Shown here in pieces: positions 12,467 through 26,880 of a stretch of 64,000 bases of DNA. Under the pieces are notes generated by a model that was not told where the DNA came from, did not search any database, and saw only the letters and a program-made list of their open reading frames with translations. Source of the stretch: Haplodiscus bocki (taxonomy: Eukaryota). The position numbers and the translations under genes are program-made. The stretch spans positions 116,932,001 to 116,996,000 of the forward strand of contig OZ296650.1 in assembly GCA_965655095.1 (NCBI GenBank), given 5' to 3'. How positions within the stretch are numbered: the first letter of the stretch is position 1; every line of letters begins with the position of its first letter.

Positions 12467-13101
12467 GTTCGCAGGTCTTCTGTTCCATTCACCAACTTCG
12501 ACCACTTTATTGTTCGTGTGGTCTTTGATAACAATTTTGGGGCGAATAGGCTTAGCGGTGTTTACAGTGGATGATCCGGAGTTACTTGAATTGGCTGGCG
12601 ATTCAGATACTACCGGGACTCCCCCATTGCTCGGCACTGCAACAAGTGCCTGTGGTTGCTCATTCTGGTTTCGGTTGTATTGATGATTCTGTTGATTTTT
12701 GTTGTCTACATTCACCTGGGCTCCGCCTTGACTGCTCCCTGGCCCCGTGGTCATCATATGCATGCTAGTTGGAGGTCCTCCCCCTCCTCCCCCGACGTAG
12801 TTGGCCTGAGTGGGCTGTGCAGTTGAAGCTGACACGTTAACGTTGGGAGCGTTTGTGATGTACGCCGCCGGGTGTTGATTGTAATTCATCTGGTGAATGG
12901 AGCTGGGTGTTTCTTGTATTTGCTGGCTGTGGTGATTCATGGGATGACCATAGGGCGGCTGCGTTGGACCTCCAACAGCTCCAGAATTGACATTCGCATT
13001 AGGGTGCGGTGCTCTCATTAGGTGATGATGTTGCGGTGGCATATACATTTGTTGATTCAAGCCGGGCATATGTCCCTGATGAGGCATGAAAAATGCTGCT
13101 C
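12467..13101 (-). CDS. EIF4G: eIF4G Q/P/H-rich N-terminal exon ending in the PABP-binding motif
   Basis: Open exon (tctttag| ... |gttagt). KPIRPKIVIKDHTNNKVV resembles KRERKTIRIRDPNQGGKDI. Joined in frame to the upstream exon by a 62-nt phase-1 intron (13102-13163). Confidence 0.75.
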
Positions 13102-13163
13102 CTAAAGACAAGTCTTATAAACTTCTATTCAACAATTTACTATTCTTCTCATTGAATTTTAAC

Positions 13164-13660
13164 CTGGAGGAAAATGCTGCGGGTAGAACGGGGCCCTCAT
13201 GTACGGCATTGTGTTGTTCTGTAGTGGTGGGACTGGAGCAATAGTCGAGTATGGTCCATTCAAACTTGGTTGCACAGTGGGACATACTACATTATGCGTG
13301 AAGGTAGGTTCTTGTTCGGGCTTTTCTGCTTCTGCATTACCTGGTTTCATCTCAGCACCATGTTGGCCTTCTTCAGCAGAGTGAAGCGTAGCTGAGGTAG
13401 AAGAGCTTTCGACTGCAGTTATTGTGCCCAAACCTAGTTTGCTGGGTTTGGCGATGGGAGCGTTGACTGTAGCATTGACATTTGCACTGTCCCCAGTGGG
13501 AGTACCCGTCGAATTTTTGGCGGTAGCCCCGCCCTTTTTCAATTCAGATGGATGGTCATTTTGCACATCGTAAGCACTCAGCAAATTAGCATCTCCTCGT
13601 TTTTCAAATTCTTTCTCCTTCTTCTTTCTTTTGTCTTTCCTCACACTTTTGACGCTGCCC
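13164..13660 (-). CDS. EIF4G: Chimeric eIF4G exon: pre-4E-motif region fused to an N-terminal exon
   Basis: KRKKKEKEFEKRGDANLLSAY resembles [22 protein letters not shown]. It then runs in frame into PTFTHNVVCPTVQPSLNG..., which is also the start of the 6850-7497 and 46302-46949 exons. Confidence 0.75.
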
Positions 13661-14138
13661 CTAAACATGAAAAAATGTCATGGAGTTCAGTTTTTCAAAA
13701 AAAGAATTGTGAAGATGATAACCGACGTTATTTGATACATAAATGATATGTGATGCAATGACCTTGAAAAGAAGGACTGTGGTCATATCATGAACGTCAT
13801 AAGGCTTGTCATTCGCAGTTTGAGAGATAACAAATGCAAGCATTACATGTAGATTAAACATACGCTGAGTACTTACTCTGAGGCTGTTTTTTCAGTCTAA
13901 CCATAAGTGACAACTAAACTGAAGTTCATCGCACGAACTAATAAGCTATGGCAATACAAATAACTGCACGGTGGAACCGCTAGTAAATTTGTTGTAAAAG
14001 GCCAAGTCAGCTTTCAAACTGTTGGCTAATGGAAGTTCTAAATTGAAAGAAACACTACCAATGCGTTTAATTAATAGCAAATTTCTTGAGTCAAACTGGA
14101 ATGCAAATTTCTCAATTCCACAGAAGTATCAATGGTTT

Positions 14139-14433
14139 TGTAATACATACACAGTTAGAGAAGATGTTCCTGAAATATCATTGGACCAAAAGTACCTTTG
14201 TATATATTCTTTATTTATGACTTTTGTAGATGTTTATGATAAAGGTATCAACTTAGAATTGAAGTAATATTCAAGTAAAGACGAATTGCTTTTCTCTCAG
14301 GAAGTTATGAGAAACCTTAGAAAATATTAGTGTACGCAAGTAACATCAAGTCAAAGCAAGTCTAGATCAAGGCCTCCTCGTTGTATTACCTTTAGTAACA
14401 AAACGCAACACATTCTCGCAAAAAGTTATTACA
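14139..14433 (+). repeat. 5' LTR (295 bp)
   Basis: TGTAATA...TATTACA inverted termini; direct repeat of 42654-42937. Confidence 0.92.
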
Positions 14434-14436
14434 AGT

Positions 14437-14454
14437 TGGTGCAATGACAGTGAA
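14437..14454 (+). promoter_or_regulatory. Putative primer-binding site
   Basis: TGGTGCAATGAC starts 3 nt after the 5' LTR and resembles the tRNA-His-type TGGTGCCGTGAC. The tRNA identity is an inference. Confidence 0.55.
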
Positions 14455-15809
14455 AATCCGTCATCATCAAATTCCTCTACTTTCATTCTCACAGGCTTCT
14501 TATTTTCCTTCTTCCACTATAGTTATTTTTTTACTGCCTCTCTTAATATTTTCAGGCGTCTTTCGATAAAAAACTCAAAAGAGATCTGAAAGTCTCTTCT
14601 TCAAGTTTTGTTCCGTCGTTTCGACTTTGAACTTGATAGTTCTTTCGACTCTAAGCTTCCAGTGCCTTGGACTATAAACCTCGACAGTCGTTTCTACTAT
14701 AAACTCGGCCGTCTTTCTACATTTTTGATCGCTGTCAGTCTCAGTAACTGAATCCCGCTTAGAACATGAGTCTATTCCAATCTAGTCCGAATACTGGACC
14801 CTGAGTTTAGAACACTCTAGCGATAGGGCAGCATTCACTTTTTACCAATTTGTTCCGCCTTATCGTTGTACAACTTCGCTCACATTTTTTAGTTTTCTGT
14901 CATCGTCGAGATCAACAACTATTCAACCGTTTCACTGCAACTTTCCACATTTCTGTTCTGAAACCAATCATTACCTCTCTGAAATTTCTATAACCATTCC
15001 CTCTGCATATTTTCATCACAGTTCATTCTGTATTCACTACAAAAACTTTCTTTAGCAATTTTAGTTGCTATTCTTTGATCATATATCTTCCTTTCCTCTG
15101 AAAAAATTGTTTCTATATAAATCTACTATTGCAGTGATCTTATCTTTTCTGTTGTAAAAACCCCCAATTGTTAGTAGTTTTCTGCTCTTTTGCTCCCTAT
15201 TTTTCCTTTCCCAAACTGTAGAACTTGGAGTCAGAACACGAAAGTTACGTTGCTTCGGGTTTTCCAATTTTTTATGTTGCTGATTATTAAGGTGACTGTT
15301 TAAAACGTAGTTGGGAATTAAATGTCAACTAGGAATGTTCACGGATAGTACTGAACTCCGTACTTCCTACCAAAGTTCCTTTGTCCTGTGAGACGTACAA
15401 GGAGAACTTTGCCATCAGTAACGATCAGACATTGTTCGCGAGCATTGATTGTTCATAATTTCGATATTTTTGTCTTCAAACTAAGTTCACTTTTTGATGC
15501 CATTCTCATTTTATAAAAAACTTCAAACTGATAGAATTATTTCAATTCTGCTAGCAATGTTTTGGTTGAAGGCAGTTTCAAAAACTCCTTTTTGTTTTGC
15601 CAGCAGCCTTTTGGTTGCACGCAAACTTTCAAATTTATCATGTTTTATTTCCTCATCGTTTTCTGCTTTTCCAGTCTTCGCTGTTGGATTTGTGTTTTTA
15701 TAAACAACACTGAAAGAGTCTGCATTTAATTTACTGCGAATATTCTTAATCACAATTATCATATTCACAGAAGAACTTATCCGTTTTCGATCAAACCCAA
15801 CTCCTGTGA

Positions 15810-18800
15810 AACATTTATAAGACCATCATGTCAGCTAGACACACAGCAAAAAATTCAAACTTATATAATACTCTTGAAGATGAAAAGTATCACAATAGCA
15901 ACCACTCAGAAAAAAAACTGAGTCTATTCAAGAAAAAAACTCTGTTGAACCAAATACAAGTCGAACTGAAGATATACATCAAAATCCACTGCAATTCCAT
16001 GATTCTTCCTACTCTGGTAATTTTATTGAACAAGCACAAAATCTGACTTTGGATATGCAACAAGAAGTATCTGAAGATTTTTCATTAGAAAAAACTCAAG
16101 CTGAAAAGGAAAGTTTAAAACTGCAACATCGATAAAGAACCATAGCTGCAAACCTATCGTTACGAAAACACAATTTGCAACCCACTCAATTTTTTCATCA
16201 GTATTTTAAGATGATATTATTACTCTGAAAACAACTCAATTGATTCCTTCAACATCAAAAAAGTACCATCACAGCGAGTTGCTGGATCTGAATTTTCACC
16301 ACCTACTCCATTCATATTTCATGTTATCTCAAAAAGACAGAAGATCATATATTACGTATGCTAGCAGTTTTACTGAAACTTTTATATGAGATAAAAAAAA
16401 TTCCTTTGCATTCTGAAAACAGTGTAATGGTTAATGGTTAATAAAAAGTTCCTCTGATTTTTTTTTAATTCATTATAAAACTTGTGATTGGATTTTTGCT
16501 TATGTACAATTCACTGTAAATTTTGGCCCTCTAGAAACCTTAACACTGATATCTTCTCCAAGATCAATAATCCAATAGATTTTTTTACCATTTCAGTTTG
16601 TATTCGTACCTTTTCTGAAAAACTGCATGAAGCTTATGAGTTCTTAGAACAACCTAGAGTTATTTTCTCTGCACTTGATGAACTTCGTAAAAAAACAACA
16701 CCTCTTGAGGCTTCTAAAGTGGATTAAATCAGAAGCGTTCATGATCCATATCACTGGCATTTGAGAGACCTTGTTCAAATAAATGCTTTTCAAGCTACCT
16801 TTCTCTCACAACTAACTGTTCTAGACACTGTAAGAATACTCCAAAATAATAATCAATCTCTGTTTCTGAGAAACGTCCGTAGATATAAAGATCAACTCAT
16901 CTGGAACACTTTGGATAAGACATGTTTTGAAAAAATTTCAGATCGTCTCAGTGAAGAAGAACTATTTGTCTTTTTGGTTAAATCTCAAAACGGTCGTCCA
17001 AGAAATCCTAATCTACTTCAAATCATTATTCAATTTATTTCTGTCTTGAGAAATCTGGCTGATTTGATTACTGGCGCAAATCCTGCAAATGGACCAAATG
17101 ATCATAATATGGATGAATTACGTTCAATTAAATCATTGGTCACTGAAGAAAAAATTGAAAAAAAAATCAAGTTACTGGTTTCCAGCCTATACACAAAAAC
17201 AACTCTGTTGTTTCAAACCCAAAGATAAACAAAACTGAAACAACTGAAAGCATACTTCATACTAAAGTTAGTTTATCTCGAACCAGTTCTACTCTCATAA
17301 CAAACAAAATGGTACCACTACCAGTTACTACAAAAACTATACGAAGCAATCCTGATTCACACATTGATTTAGCTATATTTGAAATGTCTGCTTTTAAAGA
17401 TAATCCGTTTGACGCAAAGAATCGTCAATTCCAGTTCCAGATCACTGCAGCATTACTATTTTTGCATTTTATTAGATCTCAAAGGAGAACACTTCTCTTA
17501 AATCCATTCACTGATTATAAAAAGCATTTAGAGAGTAACTCAAATGTATAGAACCAATCAAATTGATTTCATGATTATACAAAAATGCTAAATGCAAAAA
17601 CTACCGCTGTTCCTGAATTGTCAAGACCTATCTTGGTTCCACTGACTAATGTTGTTACTTTCTCACTGAGTAGTACCAACAATAAATTTTTTGAACAAAT
17701 CGATATTTAAAAAATATTGCAAATGCATCAGAAACGCTATATCAAACACCATCTGCTCCCAAAAGAGGTCCTCGTGCAGGTTTGCCTTCTTTATTCTCAA
17801 TTGCTACTGTAAATCCAATTAGTTACTCTCCTGTGATCACACAAATCTATACTGTACCTTTTGTTGCAGTGAACAAATCTGTAACAAACATTGATGGAAA
17901 TGACCAACAAAAAACACCTGAAGATTAAAAAATTCGAAATGACCCACACCTGATTTTTTTATGGGAGAAGAACACCACTATCTTGTGTTTTATAAATATT
18001 GCCAAAAATCAAAACTGGCATTCATACACTGATCTTTATCTGGAATTGATTTAAGCTGCTTTCCGCGACTCTTTGAAAGTCACAAAAATGATTGGTCGGC
18101 TTTTGTACCGGCCTTCAATAGTACGTCTTCGCAGAAACCTGCATACTACGTGCAAAAAAACAGTTATTACACCATCATGTCAGCTGGACACACAGCAAAT
18201 AATTCAAACTCAAATAATCTTTTTGAGGATGAAAAGTATGACATTAGCAACCATTCAGAAAAAAATACTGAGTCTAATCAAGAAAAAAACTCTGTTGAAC
18301 CAAATACGAGTCCAACTGAAAATATACATTAAAATCCACTGCAATTCCATGAGTCTTCCTACTCTGGTAATTTTACTGAACAAGCACAAAATCAGTCTTT
18401 GGATATGCAACAACAAATATCTGAAGATTTCTCATTGGAAAAAACTCAAGCGGAAAAGGAAAGTTTAAAACTGCAACATCGATAAAGAACCATAGCTGCA
18501 AACCTATCGTTACGAAAACACAATTTGCAACCCACTCAATTTTTCAACAGTATTTTAAGATGATATTATTACTCTGAAAACAACTCAATTGATTCCTTCA
18601 ACATCAAAAAAGTACCATCACAGCAAGTTGCTGGATCTGAATTTCCAACAACTGCTCCATTCATCTTTCATGTTATCGCAAAAAGACACAGGAGCATTTA
18701 TTACGGATGCTAGCAGCTTTTTTGAGACTTTTATATGACATACAATTTTTCTTTGCTTTCTGAAAAACAGTGTAAAGATTATTAATTAGTTCCTCTGCTT

Positions 18801-21800
18801 TTTATTTGATTCATCATAAAACTCGTGATTGAATTTTTGCTTATGTACAATTCACTGTAATTTTCGACCCTCTAGAAACATTAACACTGATATCTGCTCC
18901 AAGATCATTATTCCAATGGATTTATTTTTACCATTTCAGTTTGTATTCATTCATTTTCTGAATAACTGCAAGAAGCTTATGAGTTTTAAGAACAACCTAG
19001 AGTTATTTTCTCTGCACCTGATGAACTTCGTTGAAAAACAACACCTCTTGAGGCTTCTAAAGTGGATTAAATCAGAAGCGTTCATGATCCATATCACTGG
19101 CTTTTGAGAGACGTTGTTCGAATAAATGCTTTTCAAGCTACCTTTCTGTCACAACTAACTGTTCTAGACACTGTAAGAAAACTCCAGAATAAAAATCAAT
19201 CTCTGTTTCTGAGAAACGTCCGCAGATATAAAAATCAACTCATCTGGAACACTTTGGATAAGACATGCTTTGAAAAAATTTCAGCTCAACTCAGTGAAGA
19301 AGAACTATTTCTCTTCTTGGTTAAATCTCAAAACTTTCATCCAAGAGTTCCTATTCTACTTCAAATCAACAATGAATTTTTTTCTGTCTTGAAAAATCGG
19401 GCTGATTTGATTACTGGGGAAAATCCTGCAAACGGACCAAAAGATCATACTATCGATGAGTTACGTTCAATTAAATCAATGGTCACTGAAGAAAAAATTG
19501 AAAAAAAAATAAATCAAGTTACTGGTTTCCAGCCTAAACAAAAAAACATCTCTGTTATTTCAAACCCAAAGATAAACAAAACTGAGACCGCTGAAAGCAT
19601 ACTTCATACTAAAGTTATTTTATCTCGAACCAGTTCTACTCTCATAACAAACAAAATGGTACCACTACCAGTTACTACAAAAACTATACGAAGCAATCCT
19701 GATTCACACATTGATTTAGCTATATTTAAAATGTCTGCTTTTAAAGATAATCCGTTTGATGCAAAGATTCGTCAATTCCAATTCCAGATCACTGCAGCAT
19801 TACTATTTTTGCATTTTATTAGATCTCAAAGGAGAACACTTCTCTTAAATCCATTCACTGATTATAAAGAGCATTTAGAGAGTAACTCAAATGTAACGAA
19901 CCAATCAAATTGATTTCATGATTATACAAAAATGCTAAATGCAAAAACTACCGCTGTTCCTGAATTGTCAAGACCTATCTTGGTTCCACTGACTAATGTT
20001 GTTACTTTCTCACTGAGTAGTACCAACAATAATACTTTTTGAACAAATCGATATTTAAAAAATATTGCAAATGCATCAGAAACGCTATATCAAACACCAT
20101 CTGCTCCCAAAAGAGGTCCTTGTGCAGGTTTGCCTTCTTTATTCTCCATTGCTACTGTAAATCCAATTAGTTACTCTCCTATGATCACACAAATCTATAC
20201 TGTACCTTTTGTTGCAGTGAACAAATCTGTAACAAACATTGATGGAAATGACCAACAAAAAACACCTGAAGAGTAAAAAATTCGAATTGACCCACACCTG
20301 ATTTTTTTTATGGGAGAAGAACACCACTATCTTGTACTTTATAAATATTGCCATAAATCAAAACTGGCATTCATACACTGATCTTTATCTGGAATTGATT
20401 TAAGCTGCTTTCCACGACTCTTTGAAAGTTACAAAAATGATTGGTCTGCTTTTGTACCTGCCTTCAATAGTACAATTGTCTTCGCAAAAACCTGCAAACT
20501 ACGTACCAAGAACATTTTTTACACCATCATGTCAGCTCGACACACAGCAAAAAATTCAAACTCAAATAATCCTTTTGACGATGAAAAATTTGACAATAGC
20601 AACCACTCAGGAAAAATAACTGAATCTATTCAGGAAAAAAACTCTGTAGAACCAGATACAAGTCCAACTGAAAGTATACATCAAAACCCACTGCAATTCG
20701 ATGATTCTTCCTACTCTGCTATTTTTACTGAACAAGCACAAAATACATCTTGGTATATGCAACAACAATTATTTGAAGATTTCTCATTAGAAAAGTTTCA
20801 AGCTGAAAATGAAAATTTAAAACTGCAACATCGAAATAGAATCATAGCTGCAAACAAATTGTTAAGAAAAGAAGAATTGGAACCCACTCAATTTCTGCAA
20901 CAATAGTTCAGGATGATATTATTACTCTGAAAGAAACTCAATTGCTTCCTTCAACATCAAAAAGTACCATCACAGCAAGTTGCTAGATCTGAATTTTCAC
21001 CACCTACTCCATTCATCTTTCATGTTGTCGGAAAAAGACAAACGAGCATTTTTCTAAGGATGCTAGCAGCTTCACTGAAACTTTTATATGAGATTCAAAA
21101 ACTTCTTTGCTAATTGAAAAACAGTGTAAATATTATTAATTAGTTCCTCTGATTTTTATTTCATTCATTATAAAACTTGTGATTGGATTTTTGCTTTTGT
21201 TCAAATCACTGTAACTTTTGACCCTCTAGAAACTTTAACACTGATATCTTTTCGAACATCAGTAATCCAATAGATTTTTATTTAACATTTCAGTTTGTAT
21301 TCGTACATTTTCTGGATATCTGCCGGAAGCTTATGAGTTTCTGGAACAATCTAGAGTTGTTTTCAGTGCATCTGATGAACTTCCTAAAAAACAACACCTC
21401 TTGAGTCTTCTAATATGGCTTGAATCAGAAGCGTTCGTATTTCCTTATCACTGGCTTTTGAAAGACCTTGCTCAAGTAATTGCTTTTCAAGCTACCTTTC
21501 TCTCACAACTAACTGTTCTAGACACTGTAAGAATACTCCAAAAAAAATCAATCTCTGTTTCTGAGAAAGGTTCGTACATATAAATATCAACTCACCTGGA
21601 ACACTTTGGATAAGACATGTTTTGAAAAATTTTCAGATCACCTCACTGAAGAAGAACTCTTTCTCTTCTTGGTTAAATCTCAAAACGATCATCCAAGAGT
21701 TCCTATTCTACTTCAAATCAACAATGAATTTTTTTCTGTCTTGAAAAATCGGGCTGATTTGATTACTGGGGAAAATCCTGCAAACGGACCAAAAGATCAT

Positions 21801-24800
21801 ACTATCGATGAGTTACGTTCAATTAAATCAATGGTCACTGAAGAAAAAATTGAAAAAAAATAAATCAAGTTACTGGTTTCCAGCCTAAACAAAAAAACAT
21901 CTCTGTTATTTCAAACCCAAAGATAAACAAAACTGAGACCGCTGAAAGCATACTTCATACTAAAGTTATTTTATCTCGAACCAGTTCTACTCTCATAACA
22001 AACAAAATGGTACCACTACCAGTTACTACAAAAACTATACGAAGCAATCCTGATTCACACATTGATTTAGCTATATTTAAAATGTCTGCTTTTAAAGATA
22101 ATCCGTTTGATGCAAAGATTCGTCAATTCCAATTCCAGATCACTGCAGCATTACTATTTTTGCATTTTATTAGATCTCAAAGGAGAACACTTCTCTTAAA
22201 TCCATTCACTGATTATAAAGAGCATTTAGAGAGTAACTCAAATGTAACGAACCAATCAAATTGATTTCATGAATATACAAAAATGCTAAATGCAAAAACT
22301 ACCGCTGTTCCTGAATTGTCAAGACCTATCTTGGTTCCACTGACTAATGTTGTTACTTTCTCACTGAGTAGTACCAACAATAATACTTTTTGAACAAATC
22401 GATATTTAAAAAATATTGCAAATGCATCAGAAACGCTATATCAAACACCATCTGCTCCCAAAAGAGGTCCTTGTGCAGGTTTGCCTTCTTTATTCTCCAT
22501 TGCTACTGTAAATCCAATTAGTTACTCTCCTATGATCACACAAATCTATACTGTACCTTTTGTTGCAGTGAACAAATCTGTAACAAACATTGATGGAAAT
22601 GACCAACAAAAAACACCTGAAGAGTAAAAAATTCGAATTGACCCACACCTGATTTTTTTATGGGAGAAGAACACCACTATCTTGTACTTTATAAATATTG
22701 CCATAAATCAAAACTGGCATTCATACACTGATCTTTATCTGGAATTGATTTAAGCTGCTTTCCACGACTCTTTGAAAGTTACAAAAGTGATTGGTCTGCT
22801 TTTGTACCTGCCTTCAATAGTACAATTGTCTTCGCAAAAACCTGCAAACTACGTACCAAGAACATTTTTTACACCATCATGTCAGCTCGACACACAGCAA
22901 AAAATTCAAACTCAAATAATCCTTTTGACGATGAAAAATTTGACAATAGCAACCACTCAGGAAAAATAACTGAATCTATTCAGGAAAAAAACTCTGTAGA
23001 ACCAGATACAAGTCCAACTGAAAGTATACATCAAAACCCACTGCAATTCGATGATTCTTCCTACTCTGCTATTTTTACTGAACAAGCACAAAATACATCT
23101 TGGTATATGCAACAACAATTATTTGAAGATTTCTCATTAGAAAAGTTTCAAGCTGAAAATGAAAATTTAAAACTGCAACATCGAAATAGAATCATAGCTG
23201 CAAACAAATTGTTAAGAAAAGAAGAATTGGAACCCACTCAATTTCTGCAACAATAGTTCAGGATGATATTATTACTCTGAAAGAAACTCAATTGCTTCCT
23301 TCAACATCAAAAAGTACCATCACAGCAAGTTGCTAGATCTGAATTTTCACCACCTACTCCATTCATCTTTCATGTTGTCGGAAAAAGACAAACGAGCATT
23401 TTTCTAAGGATGCTAGCAGCTTCACTGAAACTTTTATATGAGATTCAAAAACTTCTTTGCTAATTGAAAAACAGTGTAAATATTATTAATTAGTTCCTCT
23501 GATTTTTATTTCATTCATTATAAAACTTGTGATTGGATTTTTGCTTTTGTTCAAATCACTGTAACTTTTGACCCTCTAGAAACTTTAACACTGATATCTT
23601 TTCGAACATCAGTAATCCAATAGATTTTTATTTAACATTTCAGTTTGTATTCGTACATTTTCTGGATATCTGCCGGAAGCTTATGAGTTTCTGGAACAAT
23701 CTAGAGTTGTTTTCAGTGCATCTGATGAACTTCCTAAAAAACAACACCTCTTGAGTCTTCTAATATGGCTTGAATCAGAAGCGTTCGTATTTCCTTATCA
23801 CTGGCTTTTGAAAGACCTTGCTCAAGTAATTGCTTTTCAAGCTACCTTTCTCTCACAACTAACTGTTCTAGACACTGTAAGAATACTCCAAAAAAAATCA
23901 ATCTCTGTTTCTGAGAAAGGTTCGTACATATAAATATCAACTCACCTGGAACACTTTGGATAAGACATGTTTTGAAAAATTTTCAGATCACCTCACTGAA
24001 GAAGAACTCTTTCTCTTCTTGGTTAAATCTCAAAACGATCATCCAAGAGTTCCTATTCTACTTCAAATCAACAATGAATTTTTTTCTGTCTTGAAAAATC
24101 GGGCTGATTTGATTACTGGGGAAAATCCTGCAAACGGACCAAAAGATCATACTATCGATGAGTTACGTTCAATTAAATCAATGGTCACTGAAGAAAAAAT
24201 TGAAAAAAAATAAATCAAGTTACTGGTTTCCAGCCTAAACAAAAAAACATCTCTGTTATTTCAAACCCAAAGATAAACAAAACTGAGACCGCTGAAAGCA
24301 TACTTCATACTAAAGTTATTTTATCTCGAACCAGTTCTACTCTCATAACAAACAAAATGGTACCACTACCAGTTACTACAAAAACTATACGAAGCAATCC
24401 TGATTCACACATTGATTTAGCTATATTTAAAATGTCTGCTTTTAAAGATAATCCGTTTGATGCAAAGATTCGTCAATTCCAATTCCAGATCACTGCAGCA
24501 TTACTATTTTTGCATTTTATTAGATCTCAAAGGAGAACACTTCTCTTAAATCCATTCACTGATTATAAAGAGCATTTAGAGAGTAACTCAAATGTAACGA
24601 ACCAATCAAATTGATTTCATGATTATACAAAAATGCTAAATGCAAAAACTACCGCTGTTCCTGAATTGTCAAGACCTATCTTGGTTCCACTGACTAATGT
24701 TGTTACTTTCTCACTGAGTAGTACCAACAATAATACTTTTTGAACAAATCGATATTTAAAAAATATTGCAAATGCATCAGAAACGCTATATCAAACACCA

Positions 24801-26880
24801 TCTGCTCCCAAAAGAGGTCCTTGTGCAGGTTTGCCTTCTTTATTCTCCATTGCTACTGTAAATCCAATTAGTTACTCTCCTATGATCACACAAATCTATA
24901 CTGTACCTTTTGTTGCAGTGAACAAATCTGTAACAAACATTGATGGAAATGACCAACAAAAAACACCTGAAGAGTAAAAAATTCGAATTGACCCACACCT
25001 GATTTTTTTTATGGGAGAAGAACACCACTATCTTGTACTTTATAAATATTGCCATAAATCAAAACTGGCATTCATACACTGATCTTTATCTGGAATTGAT
25101 TTAAGCTGCTTTCCACGACTCTTTGAAAGTTACAAAAATGATTGGTCTGCTTTTGTACCTGCCTTCAATAGTACAATTGTCTTCGCAAAAACCTGCAAAC
25201 TACGTACCAAGAACATTTTTTACACCATCATGTCAGCTCGACACACAGCAAAAAATTCAAACTCAAATAATCCTTTTGACGATGAAAAATTTGACAATAG
25301 CAACCACTCAGGAAAAATAACTGAATCTATTCAGGAAAAAAACTCTGTAGAACCAGATACAAGTCCAACTGAAAGTATACATCAAAACCCACTGCAATTC
25401 GATGATTCTTCCTACTCTGCTATTTTTACTGAACAAGCACAAAATACATCTTGGTATATGCAACAACAATTATTTGAAGATTTCTCATTAGAAAAGTTTC
25501 AAGCTGAAAATGAAAATTTAAAACTGCAACATCGAAATAGAATCATAGCTGCAAACAAATTGTTAAGAAAAGAAGAATTGGAACCCACTCAATTTCTGCA
25601 ACAATAGTTCAGGATGATATTATTACTCTGAAAGAAACTCAATTGCTTCCTTCAACATCAAAAAGTACCATCACAGCAAGTTGCTAGATCTGAATTTTCA
25701 CCACCTACTCCATTCATCTTTCATGTTGTCGGAAAAAGACAAACGAGCATTTTTCTAAGGATGCTAGCAGCTTCACTGAAACTTTTATATGAGATTCAAA
25801 AACTTCTTTGCTAATTGAAAAACAGTGTAAATATTATTAATTAGTTCCTCTGATTTTTATTTCATTCATTATAAAACTTGTGATTGGATTTTTGCTTTTG
25901 TTCAAATCACTGTAACTTTTGACCCTCTAGAAACATTAACACTGATATCTTTTCGAACATCAGTAATCCAATAGTTTTTTATTTAACATTTCAGTTTGTA
26001 TTCGTACATTTTCTGGATATCTGCCGGAAGCTTATGAGTTTCTGGAACAATCTAGAGTTGTTTTCAGTGCATCTGATGAACTTCTTAAAAAACAACACCT
26101 CTTGAGTCTTCTAATATGGCTTGAATCAGAAGCGTTCGTATTTCCTTATCACTGGCTTTTGAAAGACCTTGCTCAAGTAATTGCTTTTCAAGCTACCTTT
26201 CTCTCACAACTAACTGTTCTAGACACTGTAAGAATACTCCAAAAAAAATCAATCTCTGTTTCTGAGAAAGGTTCGTACATATAAATATCAACTCACCTGG
26301 AACACTTTGGATAAGACATGTTTTGAAAAATTTTCAGATCACCTCACTGAAGAAGAACTCTTTCTCTTCTTGGTTAAATCTCAAAATGTTCATCCAAGAG
26401 TTCCTAATCTACTTCAAATCAACATTGAATTTATTTCTGCCTTGAAAAATCTGGCTGATTTGATTACTGTGGCAAATCTTGCAAACGGACCAAATGATCA
26501 CAATAACGATGAATTACGTTCAATTAAATCAATGGTCACTGAAGAAAAAATTGAAAAAAAATAAATCAAGTTACTGGTTTCCAGCCTAAACACAAAAACA
26601 TCATTGTTATTTCAAAGCCAAAGATAAACAAAACTGAGACCGCTGAAAGCATACTTCATACTAAAGTTATTTTATCTCGAACCAGTTCTACTCTCGTAAC
26701 AAACAAAATGGTACCACTATCAGTTACTACAAAAACTATAGGAAGCAATCATGATTCAAACATTGTTTTAGCTACATTTGAAATGTCTGCATTTAAAAAT
26801 AATCCGTTTGATGCAACTATTCGTCAAATCCAACTCCAGATCACTAAAACAATTGTCTTCGCAAATTACTGCATACTACG
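15810..26880 (+). repeat. Tandem array of five ~2.35-kb units covering the gag N-terminal extension and the start of capsid
   Basis: The marker ATGTCAGCT(a/g/c)GACACACAGC occurs at 15828, 18177, 20529, 22879 and 25230. Unit ends encode FESYKNDWSAFVPAF (gag CA-like). The last unit has a ~0.7-kb deletion near 26845. Confidence 0.97.

Noticed and set aside
19104-25607. Repeated ORFs (MSARHTAK..., MVPLPVTT..., MDKTCFEK...) as a host multigene family
   Set aside because: They are frameshifted fragments of the retrotransposon gag region inside the tandem array.
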